Part shown: positions 1-9,149 of the stretch, one piece after another
How positions within the stretch are numbered: the stretch's first letter is position 1
How the letters are laid out: each line of letters starts with the position of its first letter
NCBI RefSeq assembly: GCF_000284455.1
Contig: NC_017039.1
Coordinates: 2,340,001-2,372,000, forward strand
DNA length: 32,000 nt
Direction: 5' to 3'
Source: Synechocystis sp. PCC 6803 substr. PCC-P
GTDB taxonomy: Bacteria > Cyanobacteriota > Cyanobacteriia > Cyanobacteriales > Microcystaceae
Translations under genes and position numbers: made by a program
The notes under the pieces: generated by a model
Databases searched by the model: none
Told to the model about the DNA's origin: nothing
What the model saw: the letters and a program-made list of their open reading frames with translations, nothing else

Positions 1-1
1 G

Positions 2-1882
2 TTCCAACGGCGAGATGGCAGTGTGCTCTGGGGTTTGGTGTCCCGCAGTGCTTGGTATGACCAATGGGGCAATTATCGGGGGGAACTGGCCATGCTAACG
101 GACATCACCAAACGGAAATCCGCTGAGCAGGCCCTGTCCGCTAGTGAGCAACGCTTGGAGGGAATTTTGGGCTCCATTCAGGATGTGGTTTGGTCCGCCG
201 ATGCGGTCAGTTTTGCCACCCTTTATCTCAATCCCACCACGGCCATGGTCTATGGTCAATCCCTAGAAGTCTGTTACCAGAGCCAAAATTTTTGGTTTGA
301 ACAGGTCCACCCTGGCGATCGCCTTTTGCTGGAATATCACTTGCAATTGTTGATGGAAAAGGACCAGACGGAGTTGGAGTATCGCATTGTCCAACCGGGG
401 GGCAAGGAGCGATGGCTATTTCGCCGTAGTCAATTAGTGCGGGATGGCGAGCATCAACCCCTACGCATTGACAGCATTGACAGTGACATCACCGAGCGCA
501 AATTGGCGGCGGAAAAACTCCACTACAACGCCAACCACGATTCCCTGACGAATTTGCCCAATCGATCAATGTTTCTCGATCGCCTGGGCCATGCTCTGCA
601 AAGAAATTTGCGTCGTCGGGATTTAAGATTTGCGGTGCTATTTCTGGATTTAGACGGCTTTAAAATTATCAACGATAGTTTGGGGCACAGTTGTGGGGAT
701 TTACTGCTCCAGGGCATTGCCCATCGTCTGCGCCAATGTTTGCGGCCAGAAGATACGTTAGCGCGTTTGGGGGGGGATGAATTCACCATGTTGATTGAAA
801 ACATCACCTGTCCCGAAGACGTGATCGCCGTGGCCCAAAGAATTCACCAGGAACTGCAAAAACCGTTTAACTTGAACGGCCAGGAAATTTTCACCAACAC
901 CAGCATTGGCATTGCCCTTAACCATCCCCACTATGGCCATCCCCAGGATGTTTTGCGGGATGCAGACACCGCCATGTATCGAGCTAAGGCCGCAGGTAAG
1001 GGCCGCTACGCTATTTTCAACCAGACCATGCACCACCATGCTGTGCAGAGGCTCCAGCGGGAAAATGACCTACGGCGAGCCATCGATCGCCAGGAATTGC
1101 AGTTACATTATCAACCGATTGTCTGTCTCAAGACTGGACAGTTACAGGGGGTTGAGGCCTTAGTGCGCTGGCAACATCCCGAAGAGGGTCTGATCCTACC
1201 CGAAGAATTTGTGGCGATCGCCGAGGAAACGGGCTTAATTGTGCCCATGGGGGATTGGATTCTCTGGGAAGCAAGCCGACAAATACTAGAACTTAAACAA
1301 AGTTTTCCCCAATTGTCCCATCTTCAAGTCAGTATTAACGTTTCCAGTCGGCAATTACGGGACCAACGGCTACTAAAAACAGTGGATGAAATTCTGTCCA
1401 GCACGAACCTGGCCCCCCAGGACCTCAAATTAGAAATTACCGAGAGTTTATTGATCGATAATTTGAACTTGGCCGCTGATGTACTGAAAAGTTTAAGGCA
1501 AAGAAATATCCAAATTTCCCTCGACGATTTTGGCACGGGCTATTCCTCCCTCAGCTACCTGCACCGCTTTCCCATTAACACCATTAAAGTGGACCGCTCC
1601 TTTGTGAACACCATGGAGCCCAACAACCAAAACACTGCCATTGTCCACACCATTGTGACCCTGGCCCACACCCTCGGATTAGACGTGATTGCCGAGGGCA
1701 TTGAAACGGAACGGCATCTAACCCAACTCCATTGGCTGGGGTGCGATGCAGGGCAAGGATATTATTTCGCCCGGCCTATTCCCTCAGAGGATTTGCTAGA
1801 TTTTTTAACCATCCAAATACCCCGTTGGTCTGTGCCCGCTGTGACAGAATGCCATGGGGATAGGAAAGAGCCATTTTCCTGA
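2..1882 (+). CDS. PAS - GGDEF - EAL c-di-GMP signalling protein (5' end cut by window edge)
   Basis: The frame is open from base 2, so the GTG at 23 is only the first possible start in the window. Translation shows a PAS-like segment (RKSAEQALSASEQRLEGILGSIQDVVWS). The GGDEF motif is intact (ARLGGDEFTMLI) and so is the EAL motif (QGVEALVRW), with DDFGTGYSSLSYL and EGIETE also present. Stop at 1880-1882. Confidence 0.9.
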   Translation, partial: FQRRDGSVLWGLVSRSAWYDQWGNYRGELAMLTDITKRKSAEQALSASEQRLEGILGSIQDVVWSADAVSFATLYLNPTTAMVYGQSLEVCYQSQNFWFEQVHPGDRLLLEYHLQLLMEKDQTELEYRIVQPGGKERWLFRRSQLVRDGEHQPLRIDSIDSDITERKLAAEKLHYNANHDSLTNLPNRSMFLDRLGHALQRNLRRRDLRFAVLFLDLDGFKIINDSLGHSCGDLLLQGIAHRLRQCLRPEDTLARLGGDEFTMLIENITCPEDVIAVAQRIHQELQKPFNLNGQEIFTNTSIGIALNHPHYGHPQDVLRDADTAMYRAKAAGKGRYAIFNQTMHHHAVQRLQRENDLRRAIDRQELQLHYQPIVCLKTGQLQGVEALVRWQHPEEGLILPEEFVAIAEETGLIVPMGDWILWEASRQILELKQSFPQLSHLQVSINVSSRQLRDQRLLKTVDEILSSTNLAPQDLKLEITESLLIDNLNLAADVLKSLRQRNIQISLDDFGTGYSSLSYLHRFPINTIKVDRSFVNTMEPNNQNTAIVHTIVTLAHTLGLDVIAEGIETERHLTQLHWLGCDAGQGYYFARPIPSEDLLDFLTIQIPRWSVPAVTECHGDRKEPFS

Positions 1883-1977
1883 AAATAGTGACAAAATAAC
1901 GATTTTTTACCGGGGATGAAGTAGCCTTTGTATGTCGGCGACCAGTCGGCTCAGCTTTCCATTTTCTACATAGGTCT

Positions 1978-3585
1978 ATGAGTGCTACGGCGATCGCCCC
2001 CCGTTGGTTTGTTAAACAGGACATTGATGGCTTCTTTGGCCTGGCGGTGAACAACTTGGTGCAGATCCTGGTAATTGTGGGATTAACCCAATCGGTGTTG
2101 CAATTTCCTCTGACCCTGATCTATGGGCGCATTTTGCCCAGCATTGCCATTAGCTTAATTGTTGGCAACTTTTATTACAGTTGGTTGGCCTATCACCAGG
2201 GAAAAAGAGAAGGAAGGGATGACATCACCGCTTTGCCCTATGGCATCAATACAGTCAGTTTGTTTGCCTATGTTTTTCTGGTTATGCTGCCGGTGCGATT
2301 ATTGGCGATCGGCTCCGGGGCCAGCAGTGAAGCGGCGGCGGAATTGGCCTGGCAGGCGGGCTTAGTGGCCTGTTTCGGCTCCGGTCTGATTGAATTGGGG
2401 GGAGCTTGGGGAGCGGATTGGTTACGGCGTTATACCCCCAGGGCCGCTCTACTTTCCACCCTAGCGGGCATTGCGTTGACTTTCATTGCCCTAGGTTTTT
2501 TCCTCCGTACCTATGCCCATCCCTTAGTGGGCATTTTGCCCTTGGGAGTCATTCTGCTCAGCTATTTCGGCAAGGTTACTTTCCGTTTGCCGGGACTAAA
2601 ATTGGCGATTCCCGGGGGATTAATGGCCATTGTGCTGGGCACTGGCCTGGCTTGGATAACGGGATTAGTCGCTTGGGATGCTCCACAGGTGGAAGCGGCG
2701 ATCGCCCCCTTGGGAATTTATCTACCCAGCCTTGATTTGGTTAGCCTCTGGCAAGCAAAAGGGGTATTGGTCAGCTATTTCAGCATTATTCTGCCCATGG
2801 GGTTGTTCAATTTGGTGGGCAGTTTGCAAAACCTGGAAAGTGCGGCGGCGGCGGGGGATGATTATCCGACTGCTCCCTGTTTAGCGGTGAATGGTTTGGG
2901 CACCATTGCGGCGGCCCTATTTGGCTCCTGTTTTCCCACCACCATTTACATTGGTCATCCCGGTTGTAAAGATATGGGGGCAAGGATTGGTTATTCCTGG
3001 CTCAACGGTTTGGTGATGGCGGTTTTATGTCTCACCGGTAGTCTGAGTTTATTGGTTTATCTGATTCCCATCGATAGTGCCATGGCGATCGTGCTCTGGA
3101 TTGGCATCATCATTGTTAGCCAAAGTTTTAGTGCCACCCCGGTCAACCATTACCCCGCTGTGGTCATTGGCCTGTTGCCGGGCATTGCCGCTTGGGGGGC
3201 CTTAGTGGCAAAAAATTCTCTCCGGGTGGCAGGTCTAGGCACTCCGGATAATCCCATTACTCCAGAATTGGTACCTGCTTTTCAACAGGCAGATTTGTTT
3301 ATCACCGGAGCCTTTGCATTGGAACAGGGATTGATTTTTTCTGCCATGATCCTGGCCGCCATGACCGTTTACATCATTGAGCAAAAATTTGGCCTAGCTG
3401 CCCTCTGGGCGATCGCCGCCGGAATTTTATCCTGGTTGGGATTGATGCACAGTTACCGCTGGACAGGGGCGGACACAGTGATGGCTCTGGGGTGGGGGGC
3501 TGGAGCCAGTTGGGCCATCAGTTACTTTTTGCTGGCTTTGTTATTGATTTATGTGCAGTGGACTAACCCCAAAGGGCAAGATTGA
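1978..3585 (+). CDS. Polytopic membrane permease, NCS2/AzgA-like (xanthine/uracil/purine permease superfamily)
   Basis: 535-aa ORF with many hydrophobic helices throughout. The segment LQNLESAAAAGDDYPTAPCLAVNGLGTIAAALFGSCFPTTIYIGHPGCKDMGARIGYS resembles the conserved signature region of AzgA/COG2252 purine permeases. The family call rests on motif recollection only; the substrate is unknown. Confidence 0.6.
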   Translation: MSATAIAPRWFVKQDIDGFFGLAVNNLVQILVIVGLTQSVLQFPLTLIYGRILPSIAISLIVGNFYYSWLAYHQGKREGRDDITALPYGINTVSLFAYVFLVMLPVRLLAIGSGASSEAAAELAWQAGLVACFGSGLIELGGAWGADWLRRYTPRAALLSTLAGIALTFIALGFFLRTYAHPLVGILPLGVILLSYFGKVTFRLPGLKLAIPGGLMAIVLGTGLAWITGLVAWDAPQVEAAIAPLGIYLPSLDLVSLWQAKGVLVSYFSIILPMGLFNLVGSLQNLESAAAAGDDYPTAPCLAVNGLGTIAAALFGSCFPTTIYIGHPGCKDMGARIGYSWLNGLVMAVLCLTGSLSLLVYLIPIDSAMAIVLWIGIIIVSQSFSATPVNHYPAVVIGLLPGIAAWGALVAKNSLRVAGLGTPDNPITPELVPAFQQADLFITGAFALEQGLIFSAMILAAMTVYIIEQKFGLAALWAIAAGILSWLGLMHSYRWTGADTVMALGWGAGASWAISYFLLALLLIYVQWTNPKGQD

Positions 3586-3622
3586 AATAAGAGCATTAAT
3601 TATTGTTGTGGTGGCATAACCT

Positions 3623-4372
3623 ATGGCTGAACGTATTCAAAAATTGCTTTCCCAGTGGGGTATTGCCTCCCGTCGCCATGCGGAGGAAATGATTCTGGCG
3701 GGGCGGGTCAGCGTCAATGGCAAAGTGGCCAACCTGGGGGATAAGGCCGATCCCCAGCAGGATTTTTTATCGGTGGATGGCAAACAAATTAAAGCTGATA
3801 ATCGGCCTCGGGACATTTATTTATTGGTTAATAAACCGAGGGATGTGCTGTCCACCTGTGACGATCCCCGGGGCCGGAAAACAGTGCTGGATTTACTGCC
3901 CCAGGACTTACAGCGGGGCAAAGGACTGCATCCCGTTGGCCGGTTAGACCGTAATTCCACTGGCGCTCTCCTGCTCACCAATGATGGCGAATTGACTCTG
4001 CGGCTGACCCATCCCCGTTACCATTTGCCAAAAACCTATGACGTTTGGTTAGAAGGTAATCCCAGTGATGAAGATCTGGAAAAGTGGCGATCGGGCATGA
4101 TGCTAGATGGCAAAAAAACCCTACCAGCTACTCTGGAAGTAATTTCCGAAAATAAAGACCAGATTCATTTGTTGGTGACGTTGACGGAGGGACGTAATCG
4201 CCAAATTCGTCGTTTAGCGGAAGAATTGGGATTGACGGTGCTGAAGCTCCATCGCCGCACCATTGGCCCCCTACAGTTGCATACCAGGGGCAAAGTTCTG
4301 GGTAGTGGGCAATTTCGTTTTCTTTCCCCGGCGGAAATTCGACTGTTGAAAAAACAGGTCAATCTGCGGTAG
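3623..4372 (+). CDS. rRNA pseudouridine synthase, RsuA/RluB/RluE/RluF family (S4 domain + catalytic domain)
   Basis: N-terminal S4 RNA-binding motif ([32 protein letters not shown]). Catalytic-Asp motif [20 protein letters not shown] and the GRNRQIRR motif are present. At 249 aa the length is typical of the family. Confidence 0.9.
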
Positions 4373-4428
4373 GGTGGTTTCGCACAATTGTATTGTTAGT
4401 GTTATTTAATCTCCCTATTTTCTTCCCC

Positions 4429-4953
4429 ATGACCCGCGCCAAATTACTGCAACCGGATTTAGTTTTGGGCAAAACCATTGTGGAATTGTCCCCGGCCATT
4501 CTCGATCGCCATGGGGTCAAGGGTTTAGTGTTGGATGTGGACGAAACCCTGGTACCTTTTCGGGGGGATCAAGTTTCCGAGGAACTCCAGGCTTGGATTG
4601 ATCCCATTAAGGCCAAACTGCCCATTTGGTTGGTGAGCAACAATATGAGCGAGTCCCGCATTGGGGGAGTGGCCCAAACCCTGGATTTACCTTTCCTTTA
4701 TGGGGCGGCTAAACCGTCTCGCCGTAAACTGCGCCAAGCCATTGCCGAAATGCAATTGCCAGTGGAATCCGTTGCCATGGTGGGCGATCGCCTGTTTACC
4801 GATGTGCTGGCAGGGAATCGTTTGGGCATGTTCACCATTTTGGTGGAACCGATGGAGTTACCTGGTAAACCCCTCTATCCCTGGTCGATTAGGAATATTG
4901 AAGTCTGGCTTTCCCAGAAACTAGGGGTGACCTTGCAGGGCATTTTTGAATAA
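4429..4953 (+). CDS. HAD-superfamily phosphatase, YqeG-like (subfamily IIIA)
   Basis: HAD motif I is present as LVLDVDETLVP, with SNN, AAKPS and a late GDRLFTDV motif. I prefer the ATG at 4429 (MTRAKLLQ...) over the TTG at 4393 given in the ORF track. The start is uncertain. Confidence 0.75.
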   Translation: MTRAKLLQPDLVLGKTIVELSPAILDRHGVKGLVLDVDETLVPFRGDQVSEELQAWIDPIKAKLPIWLVSNNMSESRIGGVAQTLDLPFLYGAAKPSRRKLRQAIAEMQLPVESVAMVGDRLFTDVLAGNRLGMFTILVEPMELPGKPLYPWSIRNIEVWLSQKLGVTLQGIFE

Positions 4954-5173
4954 ACCCAGCTACAGTAAGGAAAACAGATTTGAAATGCTAGTCAAGGCAA
5001 AAGTCAATCCCCGTAGGCTATAATTTTGTTACAAAACTTAATAAGAAATGATTATGAGAATTATAAAGAGAATCTTAAAAAAAGCGGCGATCGCCTGGGG
5101 ATCAGCCATAATTGATCCAACGAAATAACACGGGGTCACCTTTATAAAGACCCTTAACATAATAAAAAACACG

Positions 5174-5200
5174 GGGATCAGGTCATTTTGGCTTGATCCC
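5174..5200 (-). terminator. Candidate intrinsic terminator downstream of the LptD-like gene
   Basis: Read on the minus strand: GGGATCA-13 nt loop-TGATCCC, then CGTG and TTTTTTATT. It lies 126 nt after the stop at 5326. The large loop and the 4-nt spacer before the T-tract weaken the call. Confidence 0.35.
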
Positions 5201-5325
5201 TTTAAAATTGTGGCAATTTAGCTAAAGAATCATTCCTTGGATTTTCTTTTACTGGTCAGCCCAAAAATGTCAAGAAAAACAAACAAAGTTGAGGAACAAT
5301 TGTCAGCCCCAGTCTATGTTGAGCT

Positions 5326-7737
5326 TCAGCGGATAACGCCTTGGGTGACAGGGCGGATGTCACTGCCGTCAAAGGTACCGGGATTACCACTCCAGTTAAA
5401 ATCGCTGATGCGTAGATTAATCGAACCCACCTGCAGTTGGGGGTTGTAGCGCAATTGAATGTTGTAGGTGCGGCGGCTATATTCCAACACGTAATCGGTG
5501 CTAATTTCTTCGTTGGCAGTCAGACTGTAGGCTCCCTGCACCCCGAACCTTAGTGGGCCGTAAATTTGTTGGGTCAGGCCAAAGCTCAGTATTTCCGTGT
5601 CGGCAAAGCGGTCAAAGAAAAAGGGAGACGCATCGCCCCGAATACCTTGGGAATAACCAATGTTAAAACCGGTGTAGTCCAAATAGGGTTTGGAGAAGTT
5701 ACCAAATTGTCCAAAAAAACCGACGCTGCCGGTGAGGGAAGGTTGGGTACTGCCATCGCCGTAATAACTACCCACCCCGGTAATGCCAGTGTTAAACACC
5801 ACGTAGGGTACCACCACATTGGGGCTATAGCGCAGACCCTCTTCGGCGGTGGGGGGGAGTGCTTCCCCAGCCCAAAGCACAAAGTATTTCGTTAAGGATG
5901 CCGCCGCCTGCAAGCGCATCAGGCTAACTAAGTTATCTCCGGTGGTGGGATTAATTAATTCCTGGCGATCGGTGCTGGCTTCCACACTTTGAACCGAAGC
6001 CTGGTAATTGAGGGCCCAACTGGGGTCTTCAAAGGGATTAATGGTGGGGGAAACCAGGATCGCCCCCACACTGCTTTGCACCGTTTGGAAACCGAGGGAG
6101 CCATTGTATAAACGCTCGCGGTAGTTGTATTCAAACCTTAGATCGTAGGGATTGCCCAAATCCCCCAGTTTATTTTGCACCGCCAATTTAGCCCGCAGGG
6201 AATTGTCGATGGAATCTAAGTTGAGGTTGGAAAAGTTGAGGGTATTAAGTAAATTGAGTCTTTCGTTAAAATTGACGTTCAACTCCGTAATTAAACCAAA
6301 GGCGGCGGGACATAGGGCACAAACCTCTGCATCACTCTGGTTAGCTACCGGGAAAGCATCGGGAAAAAATACCTTTTGTATTAAATATTGAGGCTTAACT
6401 TGAAAGGTGACATTTTCCGTGTCGATGGGGGTGAAATTACCTTGGAGGTATAAACCGCCCCGGTCTTCTCCGTCATAGCCAATGCTAATCAATCCCGGTT
6501 GGCGATCGCGGCGATCGATGGTAAGTCGGTCTTGGAAGGGCAAAGACGTGGTTTGATCCAGCAATACCCGGGAGCCAGTCAGTTTTAATTCATCCACTTC
6601 CGGGGCGACGTTGTAGTAATCGGCGGTTTCCGCTTGCACCTCCAATTCCGGCGGATTAAACGGATCATTGGTGATGCGGACTTTTTTGGCCCGCCAACCA
6701 TCGGCGTCAAAATCCACCTGCTCCGCTTGAAACCGGAGGCGATTAACTTGGCCCCCAGTTTCTGTCTGGCTGGCACTCTGGGCCCCTGGGGTACTGGCCC
6801 CAATGCCTGTGCTAAAACCTTCTTGTCCTACTACGTTGGTGACAGGCTGGTTGACGGCCAGGCGATCGTTCAAACTTTGGTTGGACACAATGGGGTTACC
6901 AAAGTCGGTGGGCACAGTTTGGGCAAAGTCCCGGGCGGTGCTGGGCTGGTAAATTTCCCCGTTGGCGTCGTAAATTACCCCCTGGTTGAGCACAAAGAAG
7001 TATTCAAATCTTTGCCCCTGGAGGATTTGTTCCCCCCGCTTCAGGGTGACGTTACCTTCGGCCACCGCAAATCGATCGGGCAAATTAACTCGCAGGCGAT
7101 CGGCCAGTAGTAACCCGTTAGCAAAACGCATGGTAACGTTACCGGTGGCAGTGACTATTTCCCGATTGCTATCGAACTCTTGGTGATCAGAAATTAATTC
7201 AATTACTTCTGGAGCAATGGGTACGTCATTCTCCTCCGTGGCCGGAATGGGGGAACTATCTAAGAATTGATTTGGCTCCGGGTCATTTTCCGTTGCCTCT
7301 GGGGAGGGGGAAGCTCCGGGGTCAATTTCCAAGACTTCACCGATCGCCTCTTGGCCCTGTTCAATGGCGGGCTCAGCCTCACCAGTGGGCCCGGTGATTA
7401 CTTCCAGCTCCGAGTCGCTGGGGGGTGTGATCAAATACTCCTGAATTTCCCCATCCCGGGATTGACTGATAATTTTCTTGGCCGTGGCAATGGGTACTTC
7501 CACAGACCGATCGCCGATTTTTCCGTCTGGGATAGCGGGGGGACCCCCGAGGGATAAACCAGAGTTGGGGCTAAGGTAAAGATCCTTAGCTGAAGCTTGG
7601 GCGATCGCCGGATCCGCCGATGGAGGGGTGGACGAGGAAAGTGTTGCCCCGTCAGTTGCCAGCATTTCTTCAGTCTCCCTCGGACTGATCACTTCAATGG
7701 GTACCGGAGGAGGGGGAGGGGAAACAATAGGGGGCAT
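5326..7737 (-). CDS. LptD/OstA-like outer-membrane protein (OstA_N-like domain plus beta-barrel-like C-terminal region) with a low-complexity N-terminal extension
   Basis: 803-aa ORF. The segment REIVTATGNVTMRFANGLLLADRLRVNLPDRFAVAEGNVTLKRGEQILQGQRFEYF looks like the OstA/LptA beta-jellyroll fold. The C-terminal roughly 450 aa are rich in alternating aromatic/Gly/Asn beta-strand-like segments. The protein ends QGVIR rather than with the terminal aromatic residue typical of many outer-membrane beta-barrels. The first roughly 200 aa are Pro/Glu/Ser-rich. Confidence 0.65.
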   Translation of the reverse strand: MPPIVSPPPPPVPIEVISPRETEEMLATDGATLSSSTPPSADPAIAQASAKDLYLSPNSGLSLGGPPAIPDGKIGDRSVEVPIATAKKIISQSRDGEIQEYLITPPSDSELEVITGPTGEAEPAIEQGQEAIGEVLEIDPGASPSPEATENDPEPNQFLDSSPIPATEENDVPIAPEVIELISDHQEFDSNREIVTATGNVTMRFANGLLLADRLRVNLPDRFAVAEGNVTLKRGEQILQGQRFEYFFVLNQGVIYDANGEIYQPSTARDFAQTVPTDFGNPIVSNQSLNDRLAVNQPVTNVVGQEGFSTGIGASTPGAQSASQTETGGQVNRLRFQAEQVDFDADGWRAKKVRITNDPFNPPELEVQAETADYYNVAPEVDELKLTGSRVLLDQTTSLPFQDRLTIDRRDRQPGLISIGYDGEDRGGLYLQGNFTPIDTENVTFQVKPQYLIQKVFFPDAFPVANQSDAEVCALCPAAFGLITELNVNFNERLNLLNTLNFSNLNLDSIDNSLRAKLAVQNKLGDLGNPYDLRFEYNYRERLYNGSLGFQTVQSSVGAILVSPTINPFEDPSWALNYQASVQSVEASTDRQELINPTTGDNLVSLMRLQAAASLTKYFVLWAGEALPPTAEEGLRYSPNVVVPYVVFNTGITGVGSYYGDGSTQPSLTGSVGFFGQFGNFSKPYLDYTGFNIGYSQGIRGDASPFFFDRFADTEILSFGLTQQIYGPLRFGVQGAYSLTANEEISTDYVLEYSRRTYNIQLRYNPQLQVGSINLRISDFNWSGNPGTFDGSDIRPVTQGVIR

Positions 7738-7870
7738 TTAAATCGACGAACTAAACGCCAACGCTAACATTTGCTTTGTTTGGACTGAGATAAAGCTAAG
7801 GCTAACCGGGCTTGGTTAACAAGGGGGACGAACAATTGCCAGAAATCGTTTCGTCTGTGGCCCCAGTGAC

Positions 7871-7895
7871 AAAAAACTCTCCGGTGGGGGAGAGT
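7871..7895 (-). terminator. Rho-independent terminator downstream of psbI
   Basis: Minus strand reads ACTCTCC-CCCACC-GGAGAGT followed by TTTTTG. That is a 7-bp GC-rich stem, a 6-nt loop and a T-tract, 71 nt after the psbI stop codon. Confidence 0.6.
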
Positions 7896-7965
7896 AATCA
7901 GGTTCCAATCTACCCTTGGCACCAAAATTAGTCTAGGGAGAGAAGGAAGAATTTTGGGCTAAAGC

Positions 7966-8082
7966 TTATTCAAAGTCTTTGCGGCCAGGGTTCCGGGTGG
8001 GGTCACTGGAAAGAAAGCCGAAGATAAATAAGGAAATAAACAAGCCAACAACGATATAAACGGCGATTTTAAGGGTTAACAT
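7966..8082 (-). CDS. psbI: Photosystem II reaction-centre protein I (PsbI), 38 aa
   Basis: Manual translation of the minus strand gives [38 protein letters not shown]. This matches the conserved PsbI pattern ([27 protein letters not shown]). A GGAG Shine-Dalgarno lies about 8 nt upstream (ctaAGGAGaatttATG). The gene is too short to appear in the supplied ORF track. Confidence 0.95.
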
Positions 8083-8234
8083 AAATTCTCCTTAGTTAAA
8101 TGCAAAGGCGTAGCAAAGCTTAATTTGGGTAAAAATCCGGGCGCAGAAACCATTCTACCTTGCCTACTTTACCCCATTTCGGTCTAGGCTTTGGGGAGAT
8201 GGCCGGGGAATTTCCACCGCCAAGGGAGCACACC

Positions 8235-8810
8235 ATGGGCTTAAACAATCTTGAACAATTACTGGGCCGCCTGGGGCGATCGCCAGGGTGGGAACAACTG
8301 CGCCGTTACCAATTGGTCAAAGAAGCTTGGCAGAAGGTGATTGATCCCCGTTTCCATGACTGTACTAAACCTCTAGGTATCCAGCGGGAGGTACTGACAG
8401 TGGCGGTTATCTCCCCAGCTCTGGCCCAAAATCTTCAACTCCAACGCATTAATCTTTTGGCCCAACTGAATCGAGAATTACCGGAGCCCTTGGCTGATCT
8501 GCGCTTTTCCCCTCTCCATTGGCATCAACAACATTCAGGGAAACCACCAGAAGCTTCTGCCCCCATGCCCCGTCCTGCCCCTCCCTCCCCTGGCGATCGC
8601 CGAGAAAAAGTCACTAGTGCGACAGAAGCACTGGATCAATGGCTGACAACTTTGAAAAGACGAGCCGAGGTTTTGCAACCCTGTCCCCAATGCGGCAGTG
8701 CCGTCAATCCAGGGGAAATCGAGCGTTGGGGCCGCTGTAGTGTCTGTGCAAGGCAACCCTGGCAGGAAATTTTTTCCCAATCCCGGCCGGAAAAGGATGG
8801 AAGTCATTAG
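8235..8810 (+). CDS. DUF721/DciA-like family protein with C-terminal CxxC...CxxC zinc ribbon
   Basis: The N-terminus LGRSPGWEQLRRYQLVKEAWQKVIDPRFHDCTKPLGIQREVLTVAVISPALAQNLQLQR is typical of DUF721 proteins. The C-terminus has CPQCGS...CSVCARQ. I chose the ATG at 8235 because an AAGGGAG Shine-Dalgarno sits 6 nt upstream. The ORF track starts at an upstream TTG at 8160. Confidence 0.7.
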   Translation: MGLNNLEQLLGRLGRSPGWEQLRRYQLVKEAWQKVIDPRFHDCTKPLGIQREVLTVAVISPALAQNLQLQRINLLAQLNRELPEPLADLRFSPLHWHQQHSGKPPEASAPMPRPAPPSPGDRREKVTSATEALDQWLTTLKRRAEVLQPCPQCGSAVNPGEIERWGRCSVCARQPWQEIFSQSRPEKDGSH

Positions 8811-9149
8811 GTTTAGTTTGTTTTGCAGACGAGCTATGAAAAACTTTAAAATTGGTTGAGTCTGCCAAGGTTTATTGATAACCGTGAATACTTTGAAGTT
8901 TTTTTTGGGTATGATGGTGAAACACGTAGGTAAATGCGGAGAAATTCCGGGATGTTTTTTTCACTTGCCCCCATTCATCGGAATAATGTAAGGGTTTTCC
9001 CGCTTTTCAGTGCCCTGTGAGTTCTCCCGGGTTTAACTACCTAGCTGAATTTGCTTGAAGCTAGAGTCTTTCGGCAAGCCTTCGTTGTGCTAACCGCTGC
9101 TTGAATCCTAAATAATTTTTCAACTTTTTCGAGTCTTTTTGTCCCGAAT

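Noticed and set aside
523-4924. Nested or antisense ORFs within the GGDEF-EAL, permease, pseudouridine synthase and HAD genes (523..807, 758..1039, 906..1163, 1324..1536, 1776..2054, 2159..2884, 3717..3947, 4165..4362, 4661..4924).
   Set aside because: All are shorter than, and contained in, ORFs with clear family motifs. Their translations are Arg/Ser/Pro/Cys/Trp-rich, as is typical of off-frame reads.
5237-7557. ORFs on the + strand opposite the LptD-like gene (5237..5449, 5566..5895, 6152..6391, 6634..7110, 6986..7186, 7267..7557) and nested minus-strand ORFs 5586..5882 and 6585..6803.
   Set aside because: They lie antisense to, or off-frame within, an 803-aa ORF with an OstA-like domain, and no motifs are present.
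8160-8234. Upstream TTG start (8160) for the DUF721 gene as given in the ORF track.
   Set aside because: The ATG at 8235 has an AAGGGAG Shine-Dalgarno at proper spacing and yields the typical family N-terminus. The upstream extension would run into the psbI promoter region. The choice is not excluded, only less likely.
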